From Octopus sinensis (lineage: Eukaryota), in contig NC_043009.1 of NCBI RefSeq assembly GCF_006345805.1, forward strand, positions 11,594,001 through 11,658,000: a stretch of DNA of 64,000 nucleotides. The letters are read 5' to 3'. Both the position numbers and the translations under genes were made by a program. Below, one piece after another: positions 26,829 to 39,671 of the stretch (positions are counted from its first letter, which is position 1; each line of letters begins with the position of its first letter). Below the pieces are notes generated by a model. It worked only from the letters and a program-made list of their open reading frames with translations, had not been told where the DNA came from and did no database searches.

Positions 26829-27269
26829 CTCTGCTTGGTGCCTGTGGCGAAAGAGGTTGCCTGGTGGATGAGGCTGAAAGGCATGAGGTCAGATACATTA
26901 ATCTTTTGTAGAGAGGTCTGATCGACTCACTTGAAAAGGAAAACGAGGGCTGGGAAGAGAAGCGCTGTCCTCGAGTGAGTTTACTGAAAAGGTGGGTTGA
27001 AAGTTGTGAAATTGACAAGAGTGGAGGGCGCCCTTCTGAGTGTAGACCTGTAAGTCGGGGAAAGGGAACTGAAGAGGACACTTGCCTTTGGTTGTTCAGG
27101 GAGAACTTGGACACTGGCGTTCCTCAACTATCCCTAAAGATCATCTTGTATCAGTTGGACTACATTTTTATCGTCCTCATCCTCTTTGTTATTTCGTTTC
27201 CTTCTCGTTGTAAACCGTGTATACTTACTCATTTTTTTTTATTTATTCATTTATAATTTCATATGTAAA

Positions 27270-27645
27270 CCCCACACTTTATGTTACAAGGATGTTTGCA
27301 AAAGGGACATGAAGGCCTGCAACATCAATATTAGCAATTGGGAAGCAGTTGCCAGCAACCGAGGAGATTGGCGACGTACCGTAAGAGAGGGAATACAAAG
27401 GAGTGACAGAGAGAGAGAGGAGAAATGGAAAGACAAGAAAAGACGTCAACAAGAAACTATGACATTACAACCAGCAAGGGACAGTCTTCGCTACATTTGC
27501 GGTACCTGCCAGAGGGAATGTTTGTCCAGGATAGGACTACATAGCCACAGCAGGAAATGTATCAGGACATGAAATGTAAAAGCCGGACTAGACTACTTTA
27601 TGCGCAACTCCATTGTCTCCCGAGACAAAAAGGATGCCAACCAAT
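27270..27645 (+). mobile_element. RTE/BovB-like LINE 3' end (5'-truncated)
   Basis: YKDVCKRDMKAC.I....WE..A.NR..WR and the C-terminal zinc motif CGTCQRECLSRIGLHSHSRKC, followed by an RTE-type 3' UTR. Confidence 0.9.
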
Positions 27646-27877
27646 ATGTTTGTTTTGTATTGTCCCCCTCATCCTTCACGCTGGTGGCAAATAAATGAAA
27701 TCATAATTATTGTTTTTGTTGTTGTTGTTACTGTTGTTTTGTTGGGTTTTTTTATGTTGTTATAAGTAACGAGAACACTATTTATGATTCTTAAAAAAAA
27801 TTGGTTTTTAAAATTAACTTCATCCTGGCTTGGGAAAGATTATTAATCGACATAAGTCTAAATGCAATGAACTGTAC

Positions 27878-28044
27878 CTTATGTCTATCTTCTTTATAAC
27901 CAATGAGATTAATATTGACTGTAGCCTTGTAGTCCAAACTAAGTAGGTGTGGCTTCCATAAAATACGCAAGCGTTCAACATCGGTTTTGTCCCAGTCGTT
28001 AGGGTTTAGAGTGGTAACCGTTTCGGGCTTTAGTTTAGGTAAGA
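27878..28044 (-). CDS. Mesh/SUSD2-like exon, linker between TIG and AMOP
   Basis: tttgcag acceptor, AAG|GTACAG donor, 167 nt, phase 1-0. Encodes VLPKLKPETV...LRILWKPHLL...VNINLIGYKEDRHK. Confidence 0.85.
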
Positions 28045-28222
28045 CTGCAAATGAGAATACAAAAATAGTAATACTACGAGAGTTGACGAAATGCTTTTTG
28101 TTTGCTTGGAAAAATGTGTATGTTTTTGCTATTTGATTCATTGTAAATTTCACAAACAACGGCACCATTGATAATCTGAAAAGACGTTTTTGCGAATTTT
28201 CGTTATCCATTAAATTTATAAG

Positions 28223-28412
28223 TACGAGAGGGTGCTGGAAAGTTCCTGGCTTTAAGAATATTACGAAAGGCCTAGGTGGAGGCCCAGCATTCCATGTTCT
28301 TTTGGATGAACTGAAGGACTGCTGCAACAAGTGAATGAATAAAACCATAATTAACTGATCTTCCTGTATTTTCTTTTACCCAAAGCCAGGAACTTTTGAG
28401 CACCCTTTCGTA
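28223..28412. mobile_element. Tc1/mariner MITE
   Basis: TIRs tacgagagggtgctggaaagttcctggcttt and aaagccaggaacttttgagcaccctttcgta, with TA ends. Confidence 0.85.
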
Positions 28413-29302
28413 AAGCAATTAAGCAGTATGATAAATACCTCTTAAATGGATCTATTAAATAATTATGGAAAAGATATAAACATTAAAAAAAAATTTTAAT
28501 AGTACTTTTTCTTTTTTTTTGCTGTACAACAATTTTTAAAAAGGAAATTTGCTTGAATTTTCTGTTATTTTTCGATACCGTTATTTTGAAAGTTTAATGT
28601 GTTTGGGGACGGGGAAAATTAATAAATTGATTAGCAGCAATTAGTTTTGTCTAGTCGATCTGGGGTCTAACTTTTAGCTGGAGTGCGACATATATTTCTT
28701 AGATCTCACTACAATCGACAAATATGGTAGCAGTAACATTTTCATTTGATCTTACAAAGAAGTCATCTTGGTGACTAGTCAAATGGAATCAATGTTTAAT
28801 TCAACAGATGGCGTTACCAACAAATGGAAGGTATTTATTACTCGCCAAGAAAATTACATTCTTATCTTAATTCTGTTTCTATTTTCTACATCACAAGGCG
28901 AAATCTGATACAAAGTATTCGTATTATAACATGAATGAGCATAGAAAAATTCAAAACAAGTAAATTTCCTTTTCCAGTGTGTGCTCTTTTGGGCTTGGCT
29001 TTTCCAAATTTCAGCATCGACATCCCACAGATCACTTCATCCTTTACCTGCCCAAAGCATTTTCATAAGTTTGTCGCAAATGCCCTCGGTTGTTTTCAAA
29101 TTTTTAGTTAGTCTCTGCTTCATACGTTCTGTGTAATATAAAACTTTACTTCGATGTGGAACAAATTACTCCGAAGACTACAAAAATTGGGAATATATAT
29201 CATATATTTTGCATGAACACCTGGGAAAATATGTATTATGTGTCGTATGCGATACGCAGGACAGGTAAAGGGTTAATAATACAAAATCAACTGCCAACTT
29301 AC

Positions 29303-29566
29303 CAACGTGCACTACAGTATATGGCATGGAAGAATCTATGGTGTCTAGCTGTACTTTCAGCGTAGTTTCTCCTCTAAACAGAAATCGTGGTACTGGACAT
29401 CTAACTTTTGCTTTGTTGATCACGATGCCATTAGAAACCTCTTCTTTCTGAGACAAATGCCTAAAAGTACATCGGGCAGTTGTATTTTCTTCTAAACACA
29501 AGCCTGTAACTTCGAGCATTTCTCCCCCAAACATTCCGATAAACCTTGTTGATACGCTCAAGTGCA
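29303..29566 (-). CDS. Mesh/SUSD2-like exon, IPT/TIG Ig-like domain
   Basis: cttttcag acceptor, GTAAGT donor, 264 nt, phase 1-1. Encodes MFGGEMLEVTGLC...RCTF...KVRCPVP. Confidence 0.92.
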
Positions 29567-30193
29567 CTGAAAAGTAAGAAAATAAATTTCATTAACGGTT
29601 GCATAACGAAGACGGCACTCTGGCAGAATCGTTAGCATGACATACAAAATGTAAGAGGTATTTCGTTCGTCTTTACGGTCTGGGTTCAAAGTTTGCCGAA
29701 GTCGACTTTGCCTTTCATCTTTCTGGAATCAATAAATAAGTAGCAGTTAACTACTGGGGTCGATGTAATCGACTTACCTCCACCTTTCAAAAAAGGAAAA
29801 ATTGCAGACCCTGTACCAAAATTCGAAACCTCCAGTAGATGAATAATATCGATTTTCTTTATATAAACATAAAGCGTTAAGCTTGGAACGAATATAGTCG
29901 ATTATATTGATGCACCTACATGAATGGTAAAATATTTTATATACATCCTGGTGACCTCTGAACTTAAAGCGTCAAAATACGCATCTAGATACTGAGCAGT
30001 TGTTTGTCCGAATAGTTAATGATTCTCCAATATTAACGCTCTGGTTTGTAATACCAATATATATTCTCAAAATAAATCTAATCATGAGATTGTTCCTAAA
30101 GGAATCGATGAGTTTCCTTTTAAGTTTCCTTCATTAAGAAATATGAAATGGTCGAAAAGAAACGTGGAAAATCAATAGATAAGTTGAACTTAC

Positions 30194-30368
30194 GTTCGCT
30201 AGTAATGTTAGTACAGCCACCTCGTTCTGGAAGATCAGAAGAGACTCGGAATAAAAATCTGCCTGGAACATCGAATCCGGAAATATGTGGTAAAGTGGAG
30301 AGATCGGTTTTCTCCTTCCCGGGAAGAACAGAAGTCCAACCACGATAATTCCCTGCATTTATACCTGC
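30194..30368 (-). CDS. Mesh/SUSD2-like exon, end of NIDO domain
   Basis: ttcttttaaatacag acceptor, GTAAGT donor, 175 nt, phase 0-1. Encodes AGINAGNYRGW...SGFDVPGRFLFRV...PERGGC. Confidence 0.92.
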
Positions 30369-30958
30369 CTGTATTTAAAAGAAATATTCAAGAATACGAT
30401 ACAATCAGACGCCCTTCAAATGAAATAAATGGATTGCAGGTCAATAAATAGACAGTTAATTCTGAAACTTCGAAGGTTAATTGCTCAACGTCATATACGT
30501 CAATATAAGCTTGTGTTCACTTTGACATATTTATCTTTTATCTTTCACTTGTTTCAGTCATTAGACTGTAGCCATGCAGGGCACCCCCTTCAAGGGTTTT
30601 AGTAGAAAAAATAGACCCTAGGACTAATTTTTGAAGCCTAGTATTTATTCCATCGGTCTCTTTTGCTGAACTGCTATATTACGAGGGTCATACACACGCC
30701 AACACCGGCTGTCAAGTGATGGTGGGTGACAAACACAAAGATACGCACACATAGATATGTACATATACGATGGGTTTATTTCAGTTTCCGTCTACCAAAT
30801 CCACTCACAAGGCTTTGGTCGGCTCGAGGCTTAGCAGAAGATACTTACCCAAGGTGCCAGGCAGTGGGACTGAGCTCAGAACCATTTGGATGGGAAGCAA
30901 GAGTCTTACCACACAGCCGAGTAATAAAATTATTTTTATACAAGAGAAGTATACTTAC

Positions 30959-31054
30959 GTGATAGAATTTTTCCTTTGGGTTAACTTCTTTATAGTTGAA
31001 CATGGCGTAGGTTTCATATTTGTTTGCTGCGACAACTAACTGGAATGTGTTGGA
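30959..31054 (-). CDS. Mesh/SUSD2-like exon, NIDO domain
   Basis: gtctag acceptor, GTAAGT donor, 96 nt, phase 0-0. Encodes SNTFQLVVAANKYETYAMFNYKEVNPKEKFYH (NTFQ..L and Y..FNY motifs). Not in the ORF track. Confidence 0.92.
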
Positions 31055-31529
31055 CTAGACAATTAGAAATAATACATATATTGAAGTATACTCAGCCAGT
31101 TTTCCAGTTAAAGTGTAGTTTGGGCTATAAACGAACTATTTAAATTTCGTTTTGTATTTGTTTTGCAAGATTCCTTATGTAAAACCGTGTATTGAAATAT
31201 ATTTTGTTGTATTTTAGAAAGATTATTATGCCAATAATAAACACGCGTGCTCAATCTAGTTAACTTATTTATAGTTTATTTGTTAATTAGTTAACTATTT
31301 AACCATTTATCTAAGAGTTTGTTTGATAAATCGCTCGATCAATCAATCAGTTATATTTGTCAAAGTCCTTTCGTCGCCATTCTCGACTTCATCAATGAGC
31401 AGCCTTCTCTACTCCAGATCTACTCTGAGACACCTAGTTTACAAGTAGTGTCTAAATATACAATAATATGCAAGGAGGTACCCAAAAGAAACTGGAATTT
31501 TGCAATGTTATTTTATTCACTTAGTTTTC

Positions 31530-31830
31530 CGTGTTTACACTTTCATTGCCTTCAACGTATTCTCCATTTGAAGCAATGCGTCGGCCCAGACGCGTTTTCC
31601 AGTTTGAAGCAGTGCGAAGTGATACCTTTGGACGCTTCTATCGTTTTTTCTTCACCTCTTCCATATGTACAAATTCCGTAGCACCAGTTTTCATCACCAG
31701 TGATGACCTTCGAAAAAGGTTCACAACACACAGTTAGTCATGACAACTTTCGAAGTTCCGTGAGCAAGCCAAAGCACAAAATTTTGCCGCAACTCCTTTC
31801 ATTCGTAATTCCTCGCTCAAAATTCATTGG
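31530..31830 (-). mobile_element. Internally deleted mariner transposase remnant
   Basis: Fragments ILSEELRMKGVAAK, VITGDENWCYG and WKTRLGRRIASNGEYVEG. Confidence 0.8.
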
Positions 31831-32824
31831 CAGAAGTTCCAGAACACACCAGTCATATCAACCCCCTGTGATTAACTGGTAATTATTTTATGTACCATGA
31901 AAGGATGAAAGGCAAAGTCGACCTCGTCGGAATTTGAACTCAGAACGGAAGGCCGGACGAAATGTCGTTAATCATTTTGTCCGGCGTGCAAATAATTCTG
32001 CCAGCTCGCCGCCTTGAGTGTATTGTCTAATATTAATATCTTAAATACCATAACACTCGGCTTACATTACTTGATGTATTTAATAAAAGCAAAGATGTTA
32101 GTAGTGTTGTAAGATTTCTCTGTTTGGAAGTATGAATATTTGTATCCTATATAACTTGTACCTCTCTCTCTCTCTTACTTCTTTTTGACTCGGAGATCAA
32201 CTATTGAACGAATTTTCATTAACTAAAATGACATTTTTTTTCTAATAGATCCATGCCATAATTATCATATAAGAGAGTTACAGAAGATGATTTCGCTTCG
32301 TGATTACTACAAGAAATTTTCAGGGAACTGTGAAAAAAAGTGGCCAAAACCCTTTGTTATTTAGATTTACAAGAGAAATTATACAAAGATCTGATAATTA
32401 AAATCCATACAGTAATCATCATACATAAATATAGAAAAATATCATGAATAGAAATTCATTTGAACATTTAATATTAGTTATATATAAATCATAGACAATG
32501 TCGTCGTGATGACAAATACTATTTAGTTATTTATTTATTGTCTTTGGTCAGTAAGTATTATTTCATACTTGCTTTTATCTAGAAATCAAAGGAAGTGACT
32601 ACTATTCCCTTCAAACTTTGCTTTTGTGAGCTGGACGTCAATGTCTTGAAACTGACCTATTTTCCATTACATTTCAGACAGATTCAGTGCTGAGTTGCTA
32701 AAGCAGAAATATTGTTATATAGCAAATATTCTGCTCAGTACTATAGATTTGCTTGTCAGTTACTTGACCATAACCACTTGAGCATATCCCTTAATTATTT
32801 CTTGAGCATATCCCTTAATGACTA

Positions 32825-33068
32825 TTAAGCATCGCCAGGCCTGGTCGGCGTTTGTGAGAGATGCAGCATTGAAGATAAGTGAAGCCAACTCAACCCACCC
32901 CGGGTGAATGCTGGAAGAAGAAGAAGAAGAAGAAGAAGAAGAAGAAGAAGAAGAAGAAGAAGAAGAAGAAGAAGAAGAAGAAGAAGAAGAAGAGAAGAAG
33001 AAGAAGAAGAAGAAGAAGAAGAAGAAGAAGAAGAAGAAGAAGAAGAAGAAGAAGAAGAAGAAGAAAAA
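32825..33068 (+). mobile_element. Probable RTE-type retroposon 3' end with a (GAA) tail of about 50 units, nested in the unclassified repeat
   Basis: gaagccaactcaacccaccccgggtgaatgc then (GAA)n at 32914-33068. Host repeat continues on both sides. Confidence 0.55.
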
Positions 33069-33321
33069 GAAGTGCATCTCAGATCAAGAGCAGAAGTATT
33101 GGGGAAGCATTATAGCCATGTGTTGCGAAGGATTTTGTGGGGTTGGAAAAATGCAAGAAAAGCCAAGCTGAAAGAAATATTAACTTTTTCATAATTCCTA
33201 AGGGTAAACAAAAATGAAATAACATTTGCTATCCAGGGACCAAAATCGTGTTGCATACTGTAATTTATTTCGTGTCAAGTTTCGAATGCAGTAATGAGTA
33301 ATTGAGTCAAAAGTAACTTAC

Positions 33322-33645
33322 ATCATCCAGAACACCATTCATTAAATCTTTTCGGTCGATCAGGCCTTGCCAAGTCACAATGACAACAATACTTGAGTTG
33401 AAATGTTTGGCTCCTACCATAGATTGTTGTATGATATTCGTAACATTGGCCTTGATATCTGGATCGGTGACAGCTCGAAAAAATATGCCTTCGTCTTGTC
33501 GACTGACTTGTTCTGCAGAGAAGGTTGAGTCGAAATACAGAGGAGCAATAAAAGGGGGGTCTTGCACATCATATTCCCTTGGACCATCCCAGTCGACAAG
33601 TTCGAACTTTTGCTTTTTAAATCCTAAACTTCCAAATGGAGTAAC
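33322..33645 (-). CDS. Mesh/SUSD2-like exon, NIDO domain
   Basis: ttgacag acceptor, GTAAGT donor, 324 nt, phase 0-0. Encodes VTPFGSLGF...PPFIAPLYFD...IVVIVTWQG (NIDO FIAP and VTW motifs). Confidence 0.93.
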
Positions 33646-33800
33646 CTGTCAATACAAAATATACAAGAAATAAGTGACATAACTATACGCAATGCGCACG
33701 CGGACCTACAGACGCACAGACACATGCATACGCACATACACACACACACACACACACACAAGCGCACAATAATGATGATGATGATGAGAAGGAGGATAAC

Positions 33801-33853
<53 letters not shown>

Positions 33854-33856
<3 letters not shown>

Positions 33857-34387
33857 TTTCAATTTTTCGCCACAAGGGCATTTTGGGGGAAGAGATTAAG
33901 TCGATTAAATCGACACCATTGCGTAACTGGTACTTATTTAATCGACCCCAAAAAGATGAAAGGCAAAGTCGACCGTGGCGGAATTTGAATTGAAAGCGTA
34001 AAGACGGACGAAATGCCGCTAAGCATTTTATCCGGAGTGCTAACGATTCGGCCAAATTGCCTCCTTAATAATGATAATAATAATAATATAATAATAATAA
34101 TAATATAATAATAATAATAATAAAATAATAATAATAATAATAATAAAATAATAATAATAATGATTTCAATTTTTCGCCACAAGGGCATTTTGGGGGAAGA
34201 GATTAAGTCGATTAAATCGACACCATTGCGTAACTGGTACTTATTTAATCGACCCCAAAAAGATGAAAGGCAAAGTCGACCGTGGCGGAATTTGAATTGA
34301 AAGCGTAAAGACGGACGAAATGCCGCTAAGCATTTTATCCGGAGTGCTAACGATTCGGCCAAATTGCCTCCTTAATAATGATAATAA
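33854..34387 (-). mobile_element. Two identical SINE family B copies in a 307-bp-period tandem duplication bounded by (AAT)n
   Basis: 33854-34080 equals 34161-34387 by direct comparison. Confidence 0.9.
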
Positions 34388-34406
34388 TAATAATAATAAT
34401 AATAAT

Positions 34407-34438
<32 letters not shown>

Positions 34439-35186
34439 TAAATGAATAAATGATTCTGGTATAAGGCCACCAATTTCGGATGAGGGATAAGTCGATCCCA
34501 GTTCTCAACTGGTACTTATTTCATCGATCCCAAAAGGATGAAAGACAAAGTCGTCTTTAATGAAATTTGAACTCAAAACGTAACGACAGACGAAATGCTT
34601 CTGAGCATTTTTCCCGGCGTGCTATCGATTCTGCCAGCTCACTGCCTAATAATAAGGATAAGTATTTGAAGAAGAATCGGAGTAAGATTATCAGTGAAAA
34701 AGTTGAGCAGTAGTAGGAGAGAAAATGTAGAAGGGATTTTAATTGTGTTGCTGATATGTGTATATAAGTCGGCTGATTTAGTGGTGCGGTGTGTATAATT
34801 ATTCAGAGAATGATTTGGTCTAAAATAATTCGAGCAATAAGTTATCACCATTCACTGTTTTCAACCATCTTGACTTACAAATGGCTTGAAATATTTGAGC
34901 GTTGTAAATATTTTGTGCACACGAGAAAATATCAATTGTGATTGACGGTTAGAAAGAGAACATTCAAATATACAACCCGCAAACTTTGCAGGAATGGTTA
35001 AAAGGTCTCACAAGACATTAATTATCATTTGATATTATTACTTATACATAAAAACATTTTAGAAAGACATTTATTGTGAAGTTAACATTTATTCGGATGG
35101 ATGCAGGTACAATATTTTGATCGTTAGGTTGAACAGGGATCTATTGGTTTCGCACTGCTCGCATAAGATAAAAACTGTTCAAAATT

Positions 35187-35372
35187 ATTTTCTTTTTGTG
35201 CCATTTAATTTAACACACTCACCGGTAAAATTTCCACTTATTTCTTATCTTTATTTTCCTGACTATTGAAAAGGTTGCAAGACGCAACGAAAATTTTAGT
35301 TAAAATAAAAATAAGAAATAAATGGAAATTTTACCGGTGAGTGTGTTAAATTATAAGGCACAAAAAGAAAAT
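35187..35372. mobile_element. MITE with TIRs of about 60 bp
   Basis: attttctttttgtgcc..taacacactcaccggtaaaatttcc is mirrored at the right end. Confidence 0.7.
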
Positions 35373-37089
35373 GACTCTCTCCAGACACAACAGAATATGC
35401 TTCAACACACGAACTCAATTAAAGAATCTTGCAAACCAAATCCAAAAACGAAATGTTCAAAATGAGTTGTCGTGAAATTGAATTCTTTTGCTCCAAGTGA
35501 TTCTTTGCATGTGTTTTTTATAGAATGTATGTGTGTGTGTATATAAAGTGGATCCATCTGATAACCGATGTAGACGACCTCAGAAAAATAACATAAGAAA
35601 TATATTAATGCAATTAAATTTTCTGAATACAGGAAATCGAGATATATTGTCGGCAATCACCAACAATTCAACTCTAAGGCAGCTGTCACAACATGCATTG
35701 TGTGAACCTAAGCTAACCTGCTGGAATTCTTCACAATATCTAGGTATTATGGAAAATAATTACATGGAAGCGGAAGTATTGCCACATGGAAACACCCATT
35801 GTGTACAACATGGTATTATAATTCAACTTTCATTGTTTTAATTATTATTTTCAACCGCGCTCAAATTTAATCCGTTAAGATCTGAGTTATGTGATTCCAA
35901 CTAAAGACTCGCTTCCTTTCAAGACAAAAGTTACCTCCCTTCTAGCTTATAATCGTGATCAATCTGATTGCACTATATGATGTCACGAGCCAACGTGAAA
36001 CCCTCTGCAGAGAAAGCTTACCACTCCTAGAAATAGCAACCAAATTTTCTTAAGTTACATCGTATTTTCTTTAAAAATAAAGAAATAGAAAGGAAATACT
36101 GGACAATGTAAAGTCTGTAGTCCAAGGTTAAAATGTTTTTGTTTGCAAGATTTGGAAATGGTCACGAATACAGGGATATTTGCATTATGAAACCAACTGT
36201 GTTCAGTATAACAGATTTTTCGTCGGGTTAGTTGTTATGGCCTTATGTTAGCTATCGTTTTACTAGCCTCAAAGAAACTGCAGGTAGGCTGTGATACCTA
36301 TTATAGCTCAGCTTCAACGGCTGGTGTGACTGATGAGAATCAGTCATTTGTTTTGTCAGTCTGAAAAATATACGTCGTTCGTAGAAAGAAAGAGTGGAAG
36401 AAAGTGCATCAATTCATAAAAATCTATTTCTAAAAAATCGATAAAGAAAATTGAGTGATCTTTTATTACGGGTTTGTGGAAGAAGTACAGGATGTATCCA
36501 TGACTTATACAGGGTCTTAGATAATAAAGAGTGGTAAAGAAGTTACCCTTTTTTTTTTACTACCCACAAGGAGCTAAACACAGGGGAGACAAACAAGGAC
36601 AGACAAGCGGATTAAGTCGATTACATCGACCCCAGTGCATAACTGGTACTTAATTTTATCGACCCCGAAAGGATGAAAGGCAAAGTCGACCTCGGCGGAA
36701 TTTGAACTCAGAATGTAATGGCAGACGAAATACGGCTACGCATTTCGCCCGGCGTGCTAACGTTTCTACCAGCACGCCGCCTGCCATCACGACAAAAATT
36801 CTGGTCCGAATGCTAGCAACAGAGCGGTTTACGCTAAAGGCAGATAACTAAAGCTGGTAGTGATAAACCGGGAGACGTATTTAGTCTACAACTCAAATGA
36901 AATTGTGTTGTTTTCTTTGCAGTTCTTGCTTAAAATAATTGGGAGATGTGAGAAGGCTGTGAAACAGAACAAATAATTAGAAGAGGTGTAGGGAGAAAAG
37001 AAAAGTGTAGAAGAGAGAAATGAGGAACGAATGATTGGTAAAAAGTATGTGTAAATGCTAGTCTGTGTTTGCGTATACATATAAATAAG

Positions 37090-37520
37090 TGTATATATTT
37101 CTTTATTGCCCGCAAGGGGCTAAACATAGAGGGGGCAAACAAGGACAGACAAAGGGATTAAGTCGATTATATCGACCCCAGTGCAAAACTGGTACTTTAT
37201 TTATCGATCCCGAAAGGATGAAAAGCAAGGTCGACCTCGGCGGAATTTGAACTCAGAACGTAACGGCAGACAAAATACCGCTAAGCATTTCGTCCAGCGC
37301 GCTAACGTCTCTTGTTTCTTTATTGCCCACAAGGGGCTAAACACAGAGGGGACAAACAAGGACAGACAAACGGATTAAGTCGATTACATCGACCCCAGTG
37401 CAAAACTGGTACTTTATTTATCGACTCCGAAATGATGAAAGCAAAGTCGACCTCGGCGGAATTTGAACTCAGAACGTAACGGCAGACAAAATACCGCTAA
37501 GCATTTCGCCCGGCGCGATA
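37090..37520 (-). mobile_element. SINE family B tandem dimer
   Basis: Two cores joined at aaagaaacaaga|gacgttagc. Confidence 0.85.
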
Positions 37521-38545
37521 AGTGTATATTTACACATAAGTGAAGACATGTTGAGCGTTGTGTGCATGTCTTTGATTCGAATTTCAGTAACTTTATAATA
37601 CTTTACGATCAACTGCAACACAAATAACTAATTCAACAGTTATGTGTCTGTGCATTTGTATTCATAACAAAAGCATGTCGCTTAAGCGGTGCAATTCCAA
37701 ACTCTGTATGATTATCTTACACACTAGAACATCTAATTAAATACACAGGGTGATTTAAAACATCGTTTTAGATAGCGGCCGAGACTACTTACGCTCCTAC
37801 CTTGGCGTGTTATATCTCTCCTCTCTCTTTCTCTCACTCTCCCTCTCTTTCTCCCCCCTCTCTCTCTCTCTCTCTCTTTTCATCCGCCACTCTCCCCACC
37901 TTTTCACAGCACCCATCACCGATCTCCCTATTGAATACATTACTCTTCCCTGAATGATTCTCCTCTGTTAATTCCAACAGCTCAGTGTTTCCAGAACATC
38001 TGGTCTATTTACCTGCCGTTCACACTACCCACAAGCAGCCAAGTCGTATATATCCCTTATATATTGCATATATATCCCTTATACACAAAAGGAGCAGTAT
38101 TAGATTTAAATAGTCATCTAGGTATCATACTTAATGTAAATACATCTTAACAGACAGCATTTCTCTGTTGTATTCGTTCGGAGATAATATCTCCGAGGAC
38201 GGATTTGGGCTTTAAACCACAATATTTTTTATATCACAGGGTGACGAAACTGGATCCAGCAGCAGCGAGTGAAAACCTCAGCTGAATTTCTACCTCTTCT
38301 GCATCATTAATAACGTGTGTGTACTCATAACCAGCATGTTCAGACGAAATCCTTCAGCATATATATACGAAAACAGTGAAAGCAATCACTGGTGTTGCAA
38401 GCACCTATCTGGCTAAAAAGCAACATCCATTTTATGAAACTAAAGTAGTATTAGATTGAAATGACCATTTATGTCATACCTAGCGTAGATACATTGTATT
38501 AGGCAATGCTTCTGTAGTATTCCGTCCGTGATATTTTCTAATATG

Positions 38546-39160
38546 AAGGCAGAGAGCTGGCAGAAACGTTAGCACGCCAAGCGAAATGCTTAGCGGTATT
38601 TCGTCTGCTGTTACGTTCTGAGTTCAAATTCCGCCGAGGTCGACTTTGCCTTTGATCCTTTCTGGGTCGATAAATTAAGTACCAATTACGCACTGGGGTC
38701 GATGTAATCGACTTAATCCGTTTGTCTGACCTTGTTTGTCCCCTCTGTGTTTAGCCCCTTGAGGGTGGTAAAGAAATAGGTATTTCGTCTGCCGTTACGT
38801 TCTGAGTTCAAATTCCGCTGAGGTCGACTTTGCCTTTCATCCTTTCGGGGTCGATTAAATAAGTACCAGTTACACACTGGGGTCGGAATAATCGACTTAA
38901 TCCCTTTCTCTGTCCTTATTTGTCATCTCTCTGTTTAACCCCTTGTGGGCAGTAAAGAAATAAGAAACGTTCGCACGCCGGGCGAAATGTTTAGCGGTAT
39001 TTCGTCTGCCGCTACGTTCTGAGTTCAAATTTCTTCGAAGTCGATTTTGCCTTTCATCCTTTCAGGATCGATAAATTAAGTACCAATTGCGTTCTGGGGT
39101 CTATCAAATCGACTGGCCCTCTCCCAAAAAATTTCGTGCCTTGTGCCTAGAGTAGAAAAG
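38546..39160 (+). mobile_element. SINE family B trimer within a single 16-bp TSD
   Basis: gatattttctaatatg at 38530-38545 and 39161-39176. Confidence 0.88.
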
Positions 39161-39671
39161 GATATTTTCTAATATGGATGCAAGAGATAGTTCCATCTCC
39201 TTCTAATATATCCTTTAGTTGTTTCGGCCATGCCCCGGGCCACTGCCTTGAAAAATTCTCACTCGAATGAATCGACCCCACTACTTTTTTTTTTTTTTTA
39301 AGCGGGGTACTTATTCCGTAGGACACTTTTGCCGAACCGCTAACTTACAGGGGCGTAAGCACACCAGCAATGGTTTTGAAGCGGTGGTGGGAGACACACA
39401 CACAAATACATACACACATAAGCACGATGTGCGCTTCTTTCACTTTCTATCTACGAAATCCACTCACAAGGCTTGGTCTGGTCGGTTCGAGGTTACAGTA
39501 GTAGGTACCTGCCCAAGGTGCCACGCTGTGGAACTGAACCCGGAACGGTGTGGTTAGGAAGCACAAACCTGCGCCTAAATGTTGGTAAAGAACCGGACAG
39601 AAAGAAAAGAATGCAAATAAACAACCTTAGTATTTTCAGTGAATGGTTGAAGAGAGAAGAAATTTTCTTAC

